In this document: piece after piece, positions 27,975 to 39,638 of the stretch
Layout: the number at the start of each line of letters is the position of its first letter
Position numbering within the stretch: the first letter of the stretch is position 1
Assembly (NCBI RefSeq): GCF_006345805.1
Contig: NC_043004.1
Coordinates: 31,000,001-31,064,000, forward strand
Origin: Octopus sinensis
Taxonomy: Eukaryota
DNA length: 64,000 nt
Direction: 5' to 3'
Translations under genes and position numbers: made by a program
The notes under the pieces: model-generated
Database searches by the model: none
Told to the model about the DNA's origin: nothing
Seen by the model: the letters and a program-made list of their open reading frames with translations, nothing else

Positions 27975-28649
27975 AGAGGTGCTGGATGAGTGCACATAGG
28001 GGTTTGGTAGCAAATATTTTTCCTTTGAAAGTTAATATTCATTTCATCATTTTATATAAACACCAAGAAATTTGATAAATGTTATGTTATATGTATATAT
28101 GCCATATTTCTTGATACTACCCATGCTGACTAACATATACTTCTAAAGCAACCTGTAGATAACAGGCAAAACCTAATTTAAAATATACATAACAATACTA
28201 AATTTCTTTAGATAAGTTTAATAGGTTGTTGCTGTTGTTGTTGTTGTCATTTAGCACCAGGTTAGCTCTCATCGAGTAATCCTAGGAACAAATACATTCC
28301 GAACTTAACCTTCCTGCTTACTTCACATTTTTTCATAAGACAACTGAGGTGAAAAATGAAGTAATAGTTTCTTGTATGTTGAGCAAGCACAATATTTTAA
28401 ATGATGTTGTTCTTCTTGGTTTTGTTCTTTAACCCTGAGTAATCCCTAATCAAGCAGAACTATTCAAAGTCATTACAGCATTAATCATTCCTTTTTTGTG
28501 GACACGTTGTATCTGGGACAACATTATAATGTTGATAATTATCAATATGCCCTTCCATTTTGAAAGCTGGCAGAATGTAATAAGAGGAAGATTTGGTTAA
28601 CTCAAGGCCTACCTTAGGAAACACACTCTCCAGCTATGCTACTGTGTGA

Positions 28650-28948
28650 GGGCCTACTTCCTGTTAACTGTAACATATAGGAAAAGACTTTAAGGGGACT
28701 AACATTCACAAGGGCCTACTTCTTGTTAGGTGTAACATATAGGAAGAGACTTTAAGGGATCTAAAAATCACAAGTGTTTATTTCCTGTCAGCTTTAGAAT
28801 ATAGGAAGAGAGTTTAAGGGGACCAGCATTCTCAAGGGCCTACATCCTGTCAGGTTTAGATTATAGGAAGAGAGTTTAAGGTATCTATCAATCACAAGGG
28901 CCTATTTCCTGTCAGGTGTAGCATATAGGAAGAGACTTTGAGGGAAAC
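28650..28948. repeat. 62-bp minisatellite, ~5 units, resuming at ~29690-29790
   Basis: Units start at 28650, 28712, 28774, 28836 and 28898 (gggcctac.tcctgt..ataggaagaga.tttaagg). Confidence 0.9.
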
Positions 28949-28949
28949 T

Positions 28950-29088
28950 ACCTGCATCGGTTATTAGCTGTTGAGACACTACATCCTTCAAAACTTCCAT
29001 GCTTCCTGAAATCTGCCAACAGTACACCTGATGGATATTTTGTTTCTTAGTTATAGTGCACCTGAGCACTATATACAACAATTTCTTT
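28950..29088 (+). mobile_element. CR1-type LINE 3' end fragment
   Basis: ASVISC.DTTSFKTSMLPEI. Homologous to 54745-55005 (-). Confidence 0.7.
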
Positions 29089-29108
29089 CATATATATATA
29101 TATATATA

Positions 29109-29503
29109 CACAAGATAAAAGCAACAAGAATGGATTAGTTGTTCAGTACAATTGTTTCATACGAAGAACAGATTTATTAAAAGCTGCAAAAATTGCAGCA
29201 AATACAAATGTCCCGTATTCATCAGTCAAAACACATATGAGTTTTCCAAACATCCTAGGGGGTGAGGCTACACTCATGAAGTAACGAAGAGAGTTCTATG
29301 AAAATCAAAAGTTAGATGGTTACTTCGTTACTTCATGAGTGTAGCCTCACCCCCTAGGATGTTTGGAAAACTCATATGTGTTTTGGCTGATGAATACGGG
29401 ACATTTGTATTTGCTGCAATTTTTGCAGCTTTTAATAAATCTGTTCTTCGTATGAAACAATTGTACTGAACAACTAATCCATTCTTGTTGCTTTTATCTT
29501 GTT
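29109..29503. mobile_element. Foldback element / MITE: 180-bp near-perfect inverted arms, 33-bp spacer
   Basis: Arms 29110-29289 and 29323-29502, with one mismatch seen (cagtcaa vs cagccaa). TATA on both flanks. Confidence 0.85.
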
Positions 29504-29636
29504 TATAATCACCCCACATTATTTTATGGTTAATACCATAAAGATTTCTGGTGCATCTAAGTTAAGTACCACATTCACGTGAATTCATTGGAACTCACTT
29601 GAATCTTAATTGTTTTTACTGAAATTATATATATAT

Positions 29637-29681
<45 letters not shown>

Positions 29682-30023
29682 CTAGCAAGCACAAAGATCT
29701 ACTTCCTGCTAGGTTTAGAATACTGGAAGAGAGTTAAGCAATCTATCAATCACGAAAGTCTACATCCTGTCAAGTTTAGCTTATGGCAAGTTTAATGAGT
29801 TTGTCATAAGACGATGAAATCTGTTGAGAGTTTTGACAATCAAAATTTTATACTTGTTGTAAACAAAAAGCAGATATTGTTGATGCTACAAACAACAAAG
29901 CAGGAGAAAGTTTTGATTCTTCTTGATGTAATTGTAATAGTAGTCAAAAGGTTAGCTGCTGGTTGTGTTGTTGTCATCAATTATTCATTGTGGTCGTTGT
30001 CAGCTCAGCTCAGCTGCAGCCTG

Positions 30024-30060
30024 TCATCTCTGTTGGCTGTCAATGCTCTCTCCCAAGTAG
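30024..30060 (-). CDS. Candidate terminal exon (unidentified gene)
   Basis: Acceptor tattcagcacattttag. Phase 2 gives YLGESIDSQQR*; phase 1 gives TWERALTANRDDRLQLS* (slightly longer). Confidence 0.25.
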
Positions 30061-30649
30061 CTAAAATGTGCTGAATACATACAGATGAATTGGCTTAGAG
30101 AGAAAGGCACAAAAAGATGGAATTGTTGCTGGAGCCAGTTCAAGGCAAAGTCATGATTGGTTAGATTTTATTATGTGGGTAATATTCTAGCAGATCATAA
30201 CATTGGGTGTAGTGATCTGACTGCTGCGTATTCCTGCTGCAAGTCTATTAACCACAAGAGCCTACTTCAGAATATTAAAAATATTGGCTAAAATGCCAGT
30301 ATTTTTTCCAAACTCTCTATACTCTGAATTCAAATCTTGCCAAGGTCTACATTGACTTTCAACCTTTCAGGAGTCAATAAAATAATTCCAATCTAGAGCA
30401 ATGAATTGGGAGAACTGTATGAATGTTGGATTAGATGCCTTGTGATATTTGCTCCAGTTCTTTGCTGAGTTCAAATCCTTCTTTATCATATTTGAGTGGT
30501 AAACTTAAGACATTGCCACCACTCGGTATCTTAAGTAACTTTAGCTGAGTCCACTCTGATGTAAGTATTCAAGCCAGGTCTTTAATCTGTGAGTACCTTC
30601 GTCCCTCCCACCCTCCTTCCCACTAGCATTGCGAGTCAAGGACTCTTCC

Positions 30650-31690
30650 ATCTTGATTAGGCGGTGGTGGTGGTGATGGTGGTGGTGATAGTGTGGAGCT
30701 ACTGATGATGATGATGATGATGACGATGATGACGGAGAGGAGGATAATAATTGTGAAGATGATAATTTAGAACGAAGAGAAGGCAGAGACAGAGGAGGAT
30801 TGTGAAAAAGGATGTTTGTATGGTGATGATGATGACAATAAGGAAGAGGAGGGGGCAGAAGGAGGAGGAGAGGAGGGGAGGAAAATGGTTGTAAAGATGA
30901 TTCTGTGATGATGTTGCTGATCGTCATCATGTTGACAGGACACCGATGGCATAGTGATACTGATAATGATGAGCGGTGGAGGGAGAAGAGGAAGAGGAGG
31001 GGGAAAGGAAGAGGATGGGGAAAGGGAGAGGAGGGGGAAAAGGGAGAGGAGGGGAAAAGGAAGAGGAGGAGTATGATTGTAAAGATGATGATGTTTGCAT
31101 GGTGATGATGTTGCTGATCACCATCATCATGTTGACAGGACAATGACGACGACGATGATGATGATGAGAGGGTGGTTGTAGTGGTGGTGATAGGAGTGTT
31201 GGTAATAAAGAGGATGAGGATGATGATCCTGGTAATGATTGCAGTAGGAGTGGGTGCAGCACCAGTGGTTTATGATAATGACAGCCTTGGTTATAAAGAA
31301 AACAAGAGTGCTAATGGTGATAATGGTGAGGTGGTGGTAGTAATGGCAGCAGAGGTATGGTGATGGCAGTGGGTGTAACGGTGGGAAGATAGTAGTGGTG
31401 GTACTAGCGATGATGGCAGTGGTTATGATGATGATGATGATGATGATGGCAGTGGTTATGATGATGATGGTGATGATGGTGATGTTGATGATGATGATGA
31501 TCTTGATAATAGCTGTATTGGGAGTGGGGCCTGTGATAATGAGGGTGGTTATAAAGAGCTTGATAATGCTGATGGAGGTGGTGGTTGTGGTGGTGGTGGT
31601 GGTGGTGGTGGCGGCGGCGGTGGCGGCGGCGGTGGCAGTGGCGGTGGCGGTGGCAGTGGCGGTGGTGGTGGAATATATATATATATATAT
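30650..31690. repeat. Compound trinucleotide low-complexity region (GGT, GAT, GAG, GGC)
   Basis: Directly visible. The ORFs here are homopolymeric artefacts. Confidence 0.9.
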
Positions 31691-32094
31691 ATAATGTCAG
31701 GGCTAAATGTGAATTTAGAATGAATTAAACTAGATAAAAATGTCAAAAGGAATAAGCTTCTTAGATGCTCTTCTTTGTGAGGGTTTGGGTGGTGACATAA
31801 AAAAAAATAAAAGAGGAAAACAAAACCACCCAAGGTAATTAAGTGTAATGAATGTAATAGTTGGCTATGTGAAACATAAGGTGGTATTTTTGTTGAATTA
31901 ACTAACAACAGGAAGAAAGACAGCTAGGGGGCACAGATGTAACAAATAGATATTATGCTTGGTATGCGTTTGTAACTAGAGTTTACATTTGAATAACAAA
32001 ACTCATCAAATTCTGTTTACGGTTGTCAGTCGTAGTCATTGGTCTCAAATACGATCAGCATACATAAATCAGCAGCTAAAAAAATAGACAGTAA

Positions 32095-32329
32095 TATATT
32101 TCTTTACTACCCACAAGGGGCTAAACATAGAGGGGACAAACAAGGACAGACAAAGGGATTAAGTCGATTACATCGACCCCAGTGCGAAACTGGTACTTTA
32201 TTTATCGACCCCAAAAGGATGAAAGACAAAGTCAACCTCGGCGGAATTCGAACTCAGAACATAACGACAGACGAAATACCGCTAAGCATTTCACCCTGCG
32301 CGCTAATGGTTCTGCCAGCTCGCCGCCTT
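32095..32329 (-). mobile_element. tRNA-derived SINE (family of 1057-1692)
   Basis: Full head aaggcggcgagctggcagaa..gagttcgaattccgccgagg on the minus strand. Confidence 0.85.
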
Positions 32330-32466
32330 AAAATAGACAGTAATAGGTGAAGGTGTGGGTTCAGTCTCATTGTGTGGAGTCTCAGGCAAATGTCTTCTAC
32401 TATAGCACCAGATTGACCAAAGATTTTGTGAGTGGATTGGTAGACAGAAATGAAAAAAAAACCATC

Positions 32467-32900
32467 ATCTCTTATATAAAATCCGTTCTGTTTGTCTGTG
32501 TGTGAGTCTTCTCAGATCTTGGGCATCCTCCATCAGATTGTGCTCAAATTTGATATGTAGATACCGATGGTATCAGGACATGTATAAGTCTTGAAAAAAT
32601 TACAAAAATCGATTCCAGGTGAGAATGCGATCAATAAAGCCGTTTTTGTCCTGCTTTTCTTCCGTCAACCTGTACATAACCGCACCTTCCATTTTTTGTT
32701 GTTTTTGTGCTGCTTAAAGGCACGTATCTTTCCTGGCAAGCTTACTGTTTAAACCATGTTTGTGTTCTCCCAGTGAACAGCCTTATCATTACTGGAACTT
32801 TAAACTCTTCCATTGCATATTTGTGTGAATAAAATCGTTTTTCTTTGGAAAAGAAAAAAAGTCTATCTTTATTTCTTCTTTTGTTGGTGTCTCAAATTTA
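32467..32900 (+). mobile_element. Probable non-autonomous Helitron/Helentron 5' part
   Basis: Starts a|tctcttatataaaa, followed by (tgtc)-like repeats and gctcaaatttgatatg, typical of Helitron 5' ends. No 3' CTRR was identified. Confidence 0.45.
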
Positions 32901-33171
32901 GGTTAAATCAGTGTTTCTCAAATGGGAGGCCTATGGGACGGTCAGACAAGTTGTTTTGAGAAAATTTGGTTTAAATGTTTGACAACTCAGCACCGTCCAT
33001 TGGACGGGGGGGGGGGGCATTTTTCTCGTATGTGCATATATACATACATACATACATGTGTGTATGTGTATGTGTGTGTTTGTGTGTGTGTGTGTGCGTT
33101 GATAGCACTAATGCACAAAACTCTTGGCCCATGAGTCACTATGTTGCTTCTGCTAAATATCTATTTACATA

Positions 33172-33222
<51 letters not shown>

Positions 33223-33239
33223 GCATATATTATATTAGA

Positions 33240-33480
33240 GGAAAAATCAAAAGCCAAGGCAGAATGAGTAGCTCAAGTCATTTAGAATAATTTAATTAGG
33301 GTAAGATGAATTTGGAGTCTTACAGCCGTTTCTGGGATAAGCCATGAGGTAGGTTAGCATGTTCACACACTCAGTACTCTGTCATCAGAGATAAGGTATG
33401 AATATTTTAGACAGGGAAAATTTACAATTTGTAAGGGATAAAAATTCACAGTTTATAAGGAATAAAATAGAAGAATGTTC
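33240..33480 (-). mobile_element. Penelope-type terminal repeat relic with hammerhead-like motif
   Basis: Minus strand atct CTGATGA ... ccca GAAAC ggct GTA agac at 33392-33317. Homologous to 20760-20915. Confidence 0.55.
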
Positions 33481-33534
33481 ATGTGTGTGTGTGTATATAT
33501 ATACACACTCAATTCAAAACAATATCTGTCAAAA

Positions 33535-33690
33535 CAATATCTGTGTATCACGATTTCTGGGTTATTTCTTTTCATCAGCACAGAATAATTGCTCAGCTAG
33601 AGGTGGCACTGCCAAATTCCCATTCAAAGTGTATAGTTTTCAAAGTGACAACCAGTCACTGATTTATAAATTAGAAAATTACTATTTTTA
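33535..33690 (+). mobile_element. Second 3' UTR copy of the same element, tail-to-tail with the first
   Basis: Reverse complement of 33714-33845 with a ~21 bp insertion. Both ORF tracks share RGG.AKFPF..YSFQSD. Confidence 0.8.
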
Positions 33691-33713
33691 ATTTTCACAA
33701 TGTGGGAATTGTA

Positions 33714-34645
33714 ATAGTAATTTTCTAATTTATAAATCAGTGACAAGATGTGTCACTTTGAAAACTATATATTTCAAATGGGAATTTGGCAGCACCACCT
33801 CTATGATGAAGAGAAATAACCCAGAAATCATGATACACAGATATTTTGAGCTGAGTTGGGGTGCTACATTCCCTTGCTCGAAAATATAAGGACACAGATC
33901 GTGTCGTATAACCAGCTGGAGACGAAGTCTTCTGGGGCCAAATTACAAGAACATTAGTCGTAAACGAGGACTTCCATGTTATGCAGGCAAACAATCTTTA
34001 CTATAAATTCATAGACTGAATGTAGAAGCTGAAGGTTTCAAAGCAGTTATCCATAGATATCCTTTTTATTTTTTTGATTGTCAAAGAGATATTTATATCC
34101 GCAGGGCAGCTGACCTCTATGATGGTACAGACCTTTGCTCCTCTGTCCCAAACAACAATATCCGGTCTGTTTATGTTTACTTTTGACAAAGGTATTGAAG
34201 AGAATATTTCACCAGTATTTCTTGAGTAGGTGTTTATGAACATATTCCATAACAGAGGGATTTTCTAAATTTATTTCAGGACAGTCTTTTTTGCAGATGG
34301 CATTGTAAATTGTTTTAGCAACATCATGCCACATAGGGAGGTAGTACCATGATGACATTTTAGGGCAAATGCTAATCACATGCATGATGTCTTCTACAGA
34401 AACATGACATAGCCTACACATGCAGTTGCACTTTGGAATTACAAGAGTATCACTGGTTTTCTTGTTCACCTGGTAGTTTGTGGCAATCTGCAGTTCCTGG
34501 ATTGCAAACACATATCCTGCAAAGTGCGATGTAGTGGACTTGTGTCCAAGAGAGGCTGCGCTTCATGTCAATTCTACTATCTTCTTCAAGCTTCCAGGCA
34601 ACATACCCATGCATAGTCTCTTTTTAGTATGCCAAATGCTTTCCA
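33714..34645 (-). mobile_element. RLE-type (restriction-like endonuclease) non-LTR retrotransposon, 3' part
   Basis: CRLC..SVEDIMHVISIC (CCHC knuckle) followed by NRPDIVVWD..CTIIEVSCP (PD..D..E motif). The 3' UTR ends tagaaaattactatt. Confidence 0.85.
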
Positions 34646-34657
34646 TCCAGGTCTTCT

Positions 34658-34842
34658 GTGTATGCATGTATGTATGCATGTATGTATGTATGTATGTATG
34701 TATGTATGTATGTATGTATGTATGTATGTATGTATGTATGTATGTGTGTGTATGTATGCATGCATGCATGCATGCATGTATGTATGTTTGTAAGTATGAT
34801 TGTATGTATGTATGTATGTTTGTATGTATGTTTGTATGTATG

Positions 34843-34873
<31 letters not shown>

Positions 34874-35040
34874 TGTATGTATGTATGTATGTATGTATGT
34901 ATGTATGTATGTATGTATGTACGTATGTATGTATGTGTGTGTGTATGTATGTATGTATGCATGCCTGCATGCATGTATGTATGTATGTATGTATGTATGT
35001 ATGTATGTATGTGTGTATACATATATGTGTGTGTGTGAGT
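34658..35040. repeat. (TATG)n microsatellite
   Basis: Directly visible. Confidence 0.95.
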
Positions 35041-36254
35041 GTGTGTCTGTATTCTTCCCCCAATCACTGCTTGTTGACTGGTGTTGAATTGTTTACATGC
35101 CCATAACTAAGCACTTAAGCAAAAGAGACTGATAGAATAAGTACCAGGCTTTAAAAAGACAGGTACAGAGACTGATTTGGTGAACAAAAACTCTTCAAGT
35201 CAGTACCCCAGCATGGCCACAGTCCAATGACTGAAACAAGTTAAACAGAAAAAGATTCTTGTTTGTCTCATTATGAAATCTTTACATTTACCTTACTTAT
35301 TTCTTGATATTTAATTATTCAGGTGCAGGTATGACTGTGTGGTTAAGAAGTTTGCTTCCCAACTATGTGGTTTGAGATTCTGTTCCACTGAGTGCCATTG
35401 AGTGGCACCTTGAGCAGGTGTCTTCTACCATAGCCTCAGGCCAATTGAAACCTTGTGTGTGTTTTTATTTTGACATCATGTCGTTAATTCTAAGCAAGTG
35501 TCACCATTATACACGCTTTATCATTCATTTCTAGTTTTCTGTGGAAACATGTCCAGCCAAGGAGAAATACTGGTTTTAAATTTTGGCACAAGGATAGCAA
35601 TTTTGGGGAAAGGTATTAATCAATTATATCAATCCCAGTGCTCAACTGGTACTTATTTTGTCAATCCCATAAGGAGGAAAGGCAAAGTCGACCTCAGCAG
35701 AATTTGAACTTAGAACATAAAGACAGGTGAAATGTCACTAAGCATATTGTCCAGCACAGTAGCAATTCTGCCAGCTCACTACCTTACCCAGGAGAAATAT
35801 TACCATACTTGGAAACAGGTTAGGTTTGGCATCAGGAAAGGATGCCTATCTGTAAAAAATGAGACTCAATGAATTTTGTCAAGCATGGTAAAGTAGACAC
35901 TAAAACAATGATGTTAACAACAACAACAACGATAAAAATGATGATGATGATGATGACGACGATGACGACAATGATGTAATAGTAGTCAAAAGTTAGCTGC
36001 TGGTTGTGTTGTTGTCATTGACGACGATGATGACAACAACAATGATGATTAGGATGACAACAAAGACTATCATGGTGACGGTCGTGGTTTCTAATTTAAG
36101 AAATATCATTTAATTCCACTAATCCGCACTTTTCAGATTCATAGTTATTTTGCCTCAGGTTTTTCAACACCTTTACTTGATTATATAATTATTATGACCT
36201 TAAAATCTTTTTCAAGTACATGAACATCGAAATAAATATCAAATGGAAATAGTA

Positions 36255-36530
36255 GTTGTGATACCTGTGCCAGTGGCACGTAAAAAGCATCAACCGATCG
36301 TGGCCGCTGCCAGACTACCCTGGCACCTGTGTCGGTGGCATGTAAAAAGCACCCACTACACTCATGGAGTGGTTGGCGTTAGGAAGGGAATCCAGCTGTA
36401 GAAACACTGCCAGATCAGACTGGAGCCTGGTGCAGCCTTCTGGCTTCCCAGATCCCCGGTCGAACCGTCCAACCCATGCTAGCATTGAAAATGGATATTA
36501 AACGATGATGATGATGATGATGATGATGAT
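36255..36530 (+). mobile_element. RTE-LINE 3' tail ending in (GAT)n
   Basis: Matches 4745-4910, 45560-45745 and 53080-53260. Confidence 0.8.
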
Positions 36531-36744
36531 GACTTTCTTTATTTCTCTTCTGCTTGCCTTTTATTCTTCATTGATTTCCTTCTTTTATTTCTTACAATCA
36601 CTCTTTTTTTTTTGATAAAGCCCATTAGAACTCAGATATAACTAGTTACAGAAAATTTCATCATGAGGAATTAACCTACTGTTTAATTGTTTTTCACAGC
36701 CTGCCACTGCTTCACACACCAAAATATTTCATGGATAAATGTTC

Positions 36745-37130
36745 TACACATAGGCACAAGCATGGCTGTCTGCTTAAGAGGTTTGCTTCCCAACCACATG
36801 GTTCTGAGTTCACTGCCATGCATGGCACCTTGGGCAAGTATCTTCTTCTATTGCCCCAAACTGACCAAAGACTTGTGAGTGGATTTGATAGATGGAAACG
36901 GAAAGAAGCCTATTGTGTGTGTGTGTGTGTTTCGTATTTGTCCCTCACTACTCCTTGACAACCAGTGCTGGTTTGTTTACATCCCTATCACTTAGCAGTT
37001 AAACAAAAGAGACCAATAGAATAAGTATCAAACTTAAAAACAGAAAGAAAGTTCTGGGGTCAATTTGTTTGACTAAACCCTTCACGGTGATGCTCCAGCA
37101 TGGCCACTGTTTTGTGACTGAAATAAGTAA
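36745..37130 (+). mobile_element. tRNA-derived SINE
   Basis: Same family as 22001, plus orientation. Confidence 0.75.
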
Positions 37131-37397
37131 ATTACATACACTCTTTATGTTCTAGACATCAAGAATCTTGGAAGTTTCTGAAGTCCAGGAGAGATTCCAC
37201 AATTTATCTCTGAACAACCTGTACAGAAGATTTATTTATCGTGATCAAATGTTTGAGCTGAAAATGAGCTTATTCCCTCCACCAAATAAACAATATTTGT
37301 ACAGATACATGGTGTACCACAAATCAGATGCTGAAGTGATATACATTATATATTCTGGAACTAACTCAGACATTTATTACGGAGATGTACTTGCATA

Positions 37398-37592
37398 GCA
37401 AGTGACCTGATCTGAGATTGTGTGTTGGAACGAAAACAGTTGCAGCGTGGAAGGTGTTTATAAGCCATTTAAGAAACACACAAAATCCATTAGATTCACT
37501 TCAACATTTAAATTTAATTTGTCAAAATATTTTCGTCGCTTTAAGACCACGACCTGTTCACTGAACATGGAATTTTGTCAGTGAACAGGTCG
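37398..37592 (-). mobile_element. Penelope-type terminal repeat with atypical hammerhead-like fold and 15-bp inverted junction
   Basis: Minus strand tca GTGAACA g gtcgt..gcgac GAAA atat tt tgacaaa. Inverted arms at 37550-37564 and 37578-37592. Confidence 0.55.
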
Positions 37593-37594
37593 CA

Positions 37595-38220
37595 CAGAGT
37601 AGTAAGAGGCAGTTCGTTTTTCATGGGTCCACAAATGAGATTTGAGCCCAGCAAAAGAAAGGCATGATCTGTCACAAATTGTGAACACAAAGAGGTCACT
37701 GAGATTCACCTTCTCATTGATCGCAACATTCTTCTTTAAACACTGGTTGTGTTTCCCTTCTGCAAGTTCACCATAAAACAGCTGTTTGGGTGTGCATCCA
37801 TTTGCCATTCAAACTATGTGGCCAGACCATCTCATTTGATTTTTCAGAATCATTGATTTAATTGAAGTGATGTCTGCAGATACAAAGACATCTGTATCTG
37901 GTGTAAAAAAAAAAACTCTATTTAATGTTTAAAATGCAGCAAAGGTATTTTTGGTGGAATTGTTCTAACAATTTGAGAGGTCTTTTGTAACGGGTCCATG
38001 TATCAGAGGAATACAACAGGAATGGTAAGACAAACGATTTGTAAAGAGCCAATTTTATGTTATTATTTATGTCACTGGTGCCAAATGCATGACTCCAAAC
38101 CACCAAATGCTTGGGCTGCCTTTTGAATTTGTAAATGTATGTCTGTGTCCAGATTTCCATCATTTTGTACAGAGCTTCCAAAGTACGAAAGAGTCAACAA
38201 CCTCAAGTAACTTACCCTTA
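37595..38220 (-). mobile_element. RTE/BovB-like LINE 3' fragment
   Basis: KLALYKSFVLPFLLYSSDTWT..LEQFHQ..L.CIL.IK; PKQLFYGELAEG; C..CDRSCLSFAGLKSHLWTH. Confidence 0.85.
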
Positions 38221-38424
38221 ATGACTTTTTTTATATATATCTCATCTTATCTATGTTTTTAAATTACATATCTTTTACGATTTTTATGTATGTGTGAACT
38301 GCTCCATGTCGGATACCAGAATGATAGTCAATCACTCTATGAAGCATTTGGATGTTGGTTTGGTGTCTGGCATGGGACAGCCTAACTCATAGGCAGGTAG
38401 AAGCTCTTTAACTACGTATCAATA

Positions 38425-38478
<54 letters not shown>

Positions 38479-38514
38479 CTAAAAATTAATATATATAGTG
38501 ATAATAATATTATG

Positions 38515-38998
38515 ATGTAGTACCAGGCAGTGGCTCTCATGGCTTCTGATCTTAACTGATTTGAAGTGTTATCATGTACTTTGTTTTGTCTTGGTATAAA
38601 AGATGGGCTACAGCAAATATTCCACTCAGTACTACAGATTTGCTTGTTAGTTGTTTGATCTTAAGTAGCTGAGTATGTCCCTTGGTGACTGAGGATGTGT
38701 GCATCTCTGATCACAAGCAGAAATAGTGAGGGAGCTTCATAGCCATATGTTGAGAGGAATTATTTGGGATTTGAATAATTCACCACTGGAAGCATGGGTG
38801 ATTCGTTCAACATCCTTAAACAAACCTTATTCAGGAACTTTTGTGCAGGATGGGCTACTCAATCTGAACAAAATTCTAACTGAGCCCCACCTGCAAGGTC
38901 ATGCGCAGTTTATCTTAATATGAGACTACCATGTTGTACACATATGGTTGTGATGCATGTGCCTGATGTACCCTTATCCGATGGATAGTTATGATGGC
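38515..38998 (+). mobile_element. Dispersed copy of the (AAT)n-tailed element of 7341-8800
   Basis: gcagtggctctcatggcttctgatcttaactgat ... gttgtgatgcatgtgcctg shared with those units. Confidence 0.85.
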
Positions 38999-39606
38999 AT
39001 CCCCAGAGAACTCAGATGTCTGATTAAAAAAGAATGTGCAGCCTCCCATACACTGCTGCAACCACTGTCCACCCTCACTCTCTGTTCTCCTACCCCATTC
39101 ACTTCTATTCCCAATGTATCTTGAGATTTCACCCTGACATTTCATTGCCACGATTTTTATCAATTTCCAGTTTCATGCCAATCACTCTTACCTTCTCTTC
39201 AATTATGTGAGTAACCATGTAGCTCCACTATTGCAAGAAACCTGTTCTGACCTCTTTTCTTATAATTTAACCCCTCATCTTCTAGCATATAAAGCCACCT
39301 TACCCTCTACAGTAGTTCCACTGATCAAAGGAATTTTAGTCTTACACGCTGCATGGCCACCTCATTCATGCCAGTGCAATGATAAAATGAAACACCCATT
39401 ACATGTTGTAAAGTGTTAAGCATTCAACCTTGGAAACCATGCCAAGCAGAAACCATACCAAGCATGATGCAGTCCTCAGACCCTCAGACCACATCAGCAT
39501 TGAACATTGACAATAAACCATGATGATGATAATGACAATGATGATGATGATGATATCAAAGGCCAATATTATGGTTCATTATTTAATATCTACTATAAAT
39601 ACTTAC

Positions 39607-39638
39607 AGCTTGTTAATCATTCCATCAAACTCAATTGG
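39607..39638 (-). CDS. Candidate 32-nt exon
   Basis: ctaatctttag | PIEFDGMINK(L) | gtaagt. Only the phase-0 frame is open. Confidence 0.3.

Noticed and set aside
28650-28948. CRISPR-like appearance of regularly spaced repeats
   Set aside because: Whole units are homologous with no unique spacers, the context is eukaryotic, and there are no cas genes.
37136-37398. ~80-codon plus-strand open frame after an AG
   Set aside because: No recognisable domain, and no other plus-strand exons support it.
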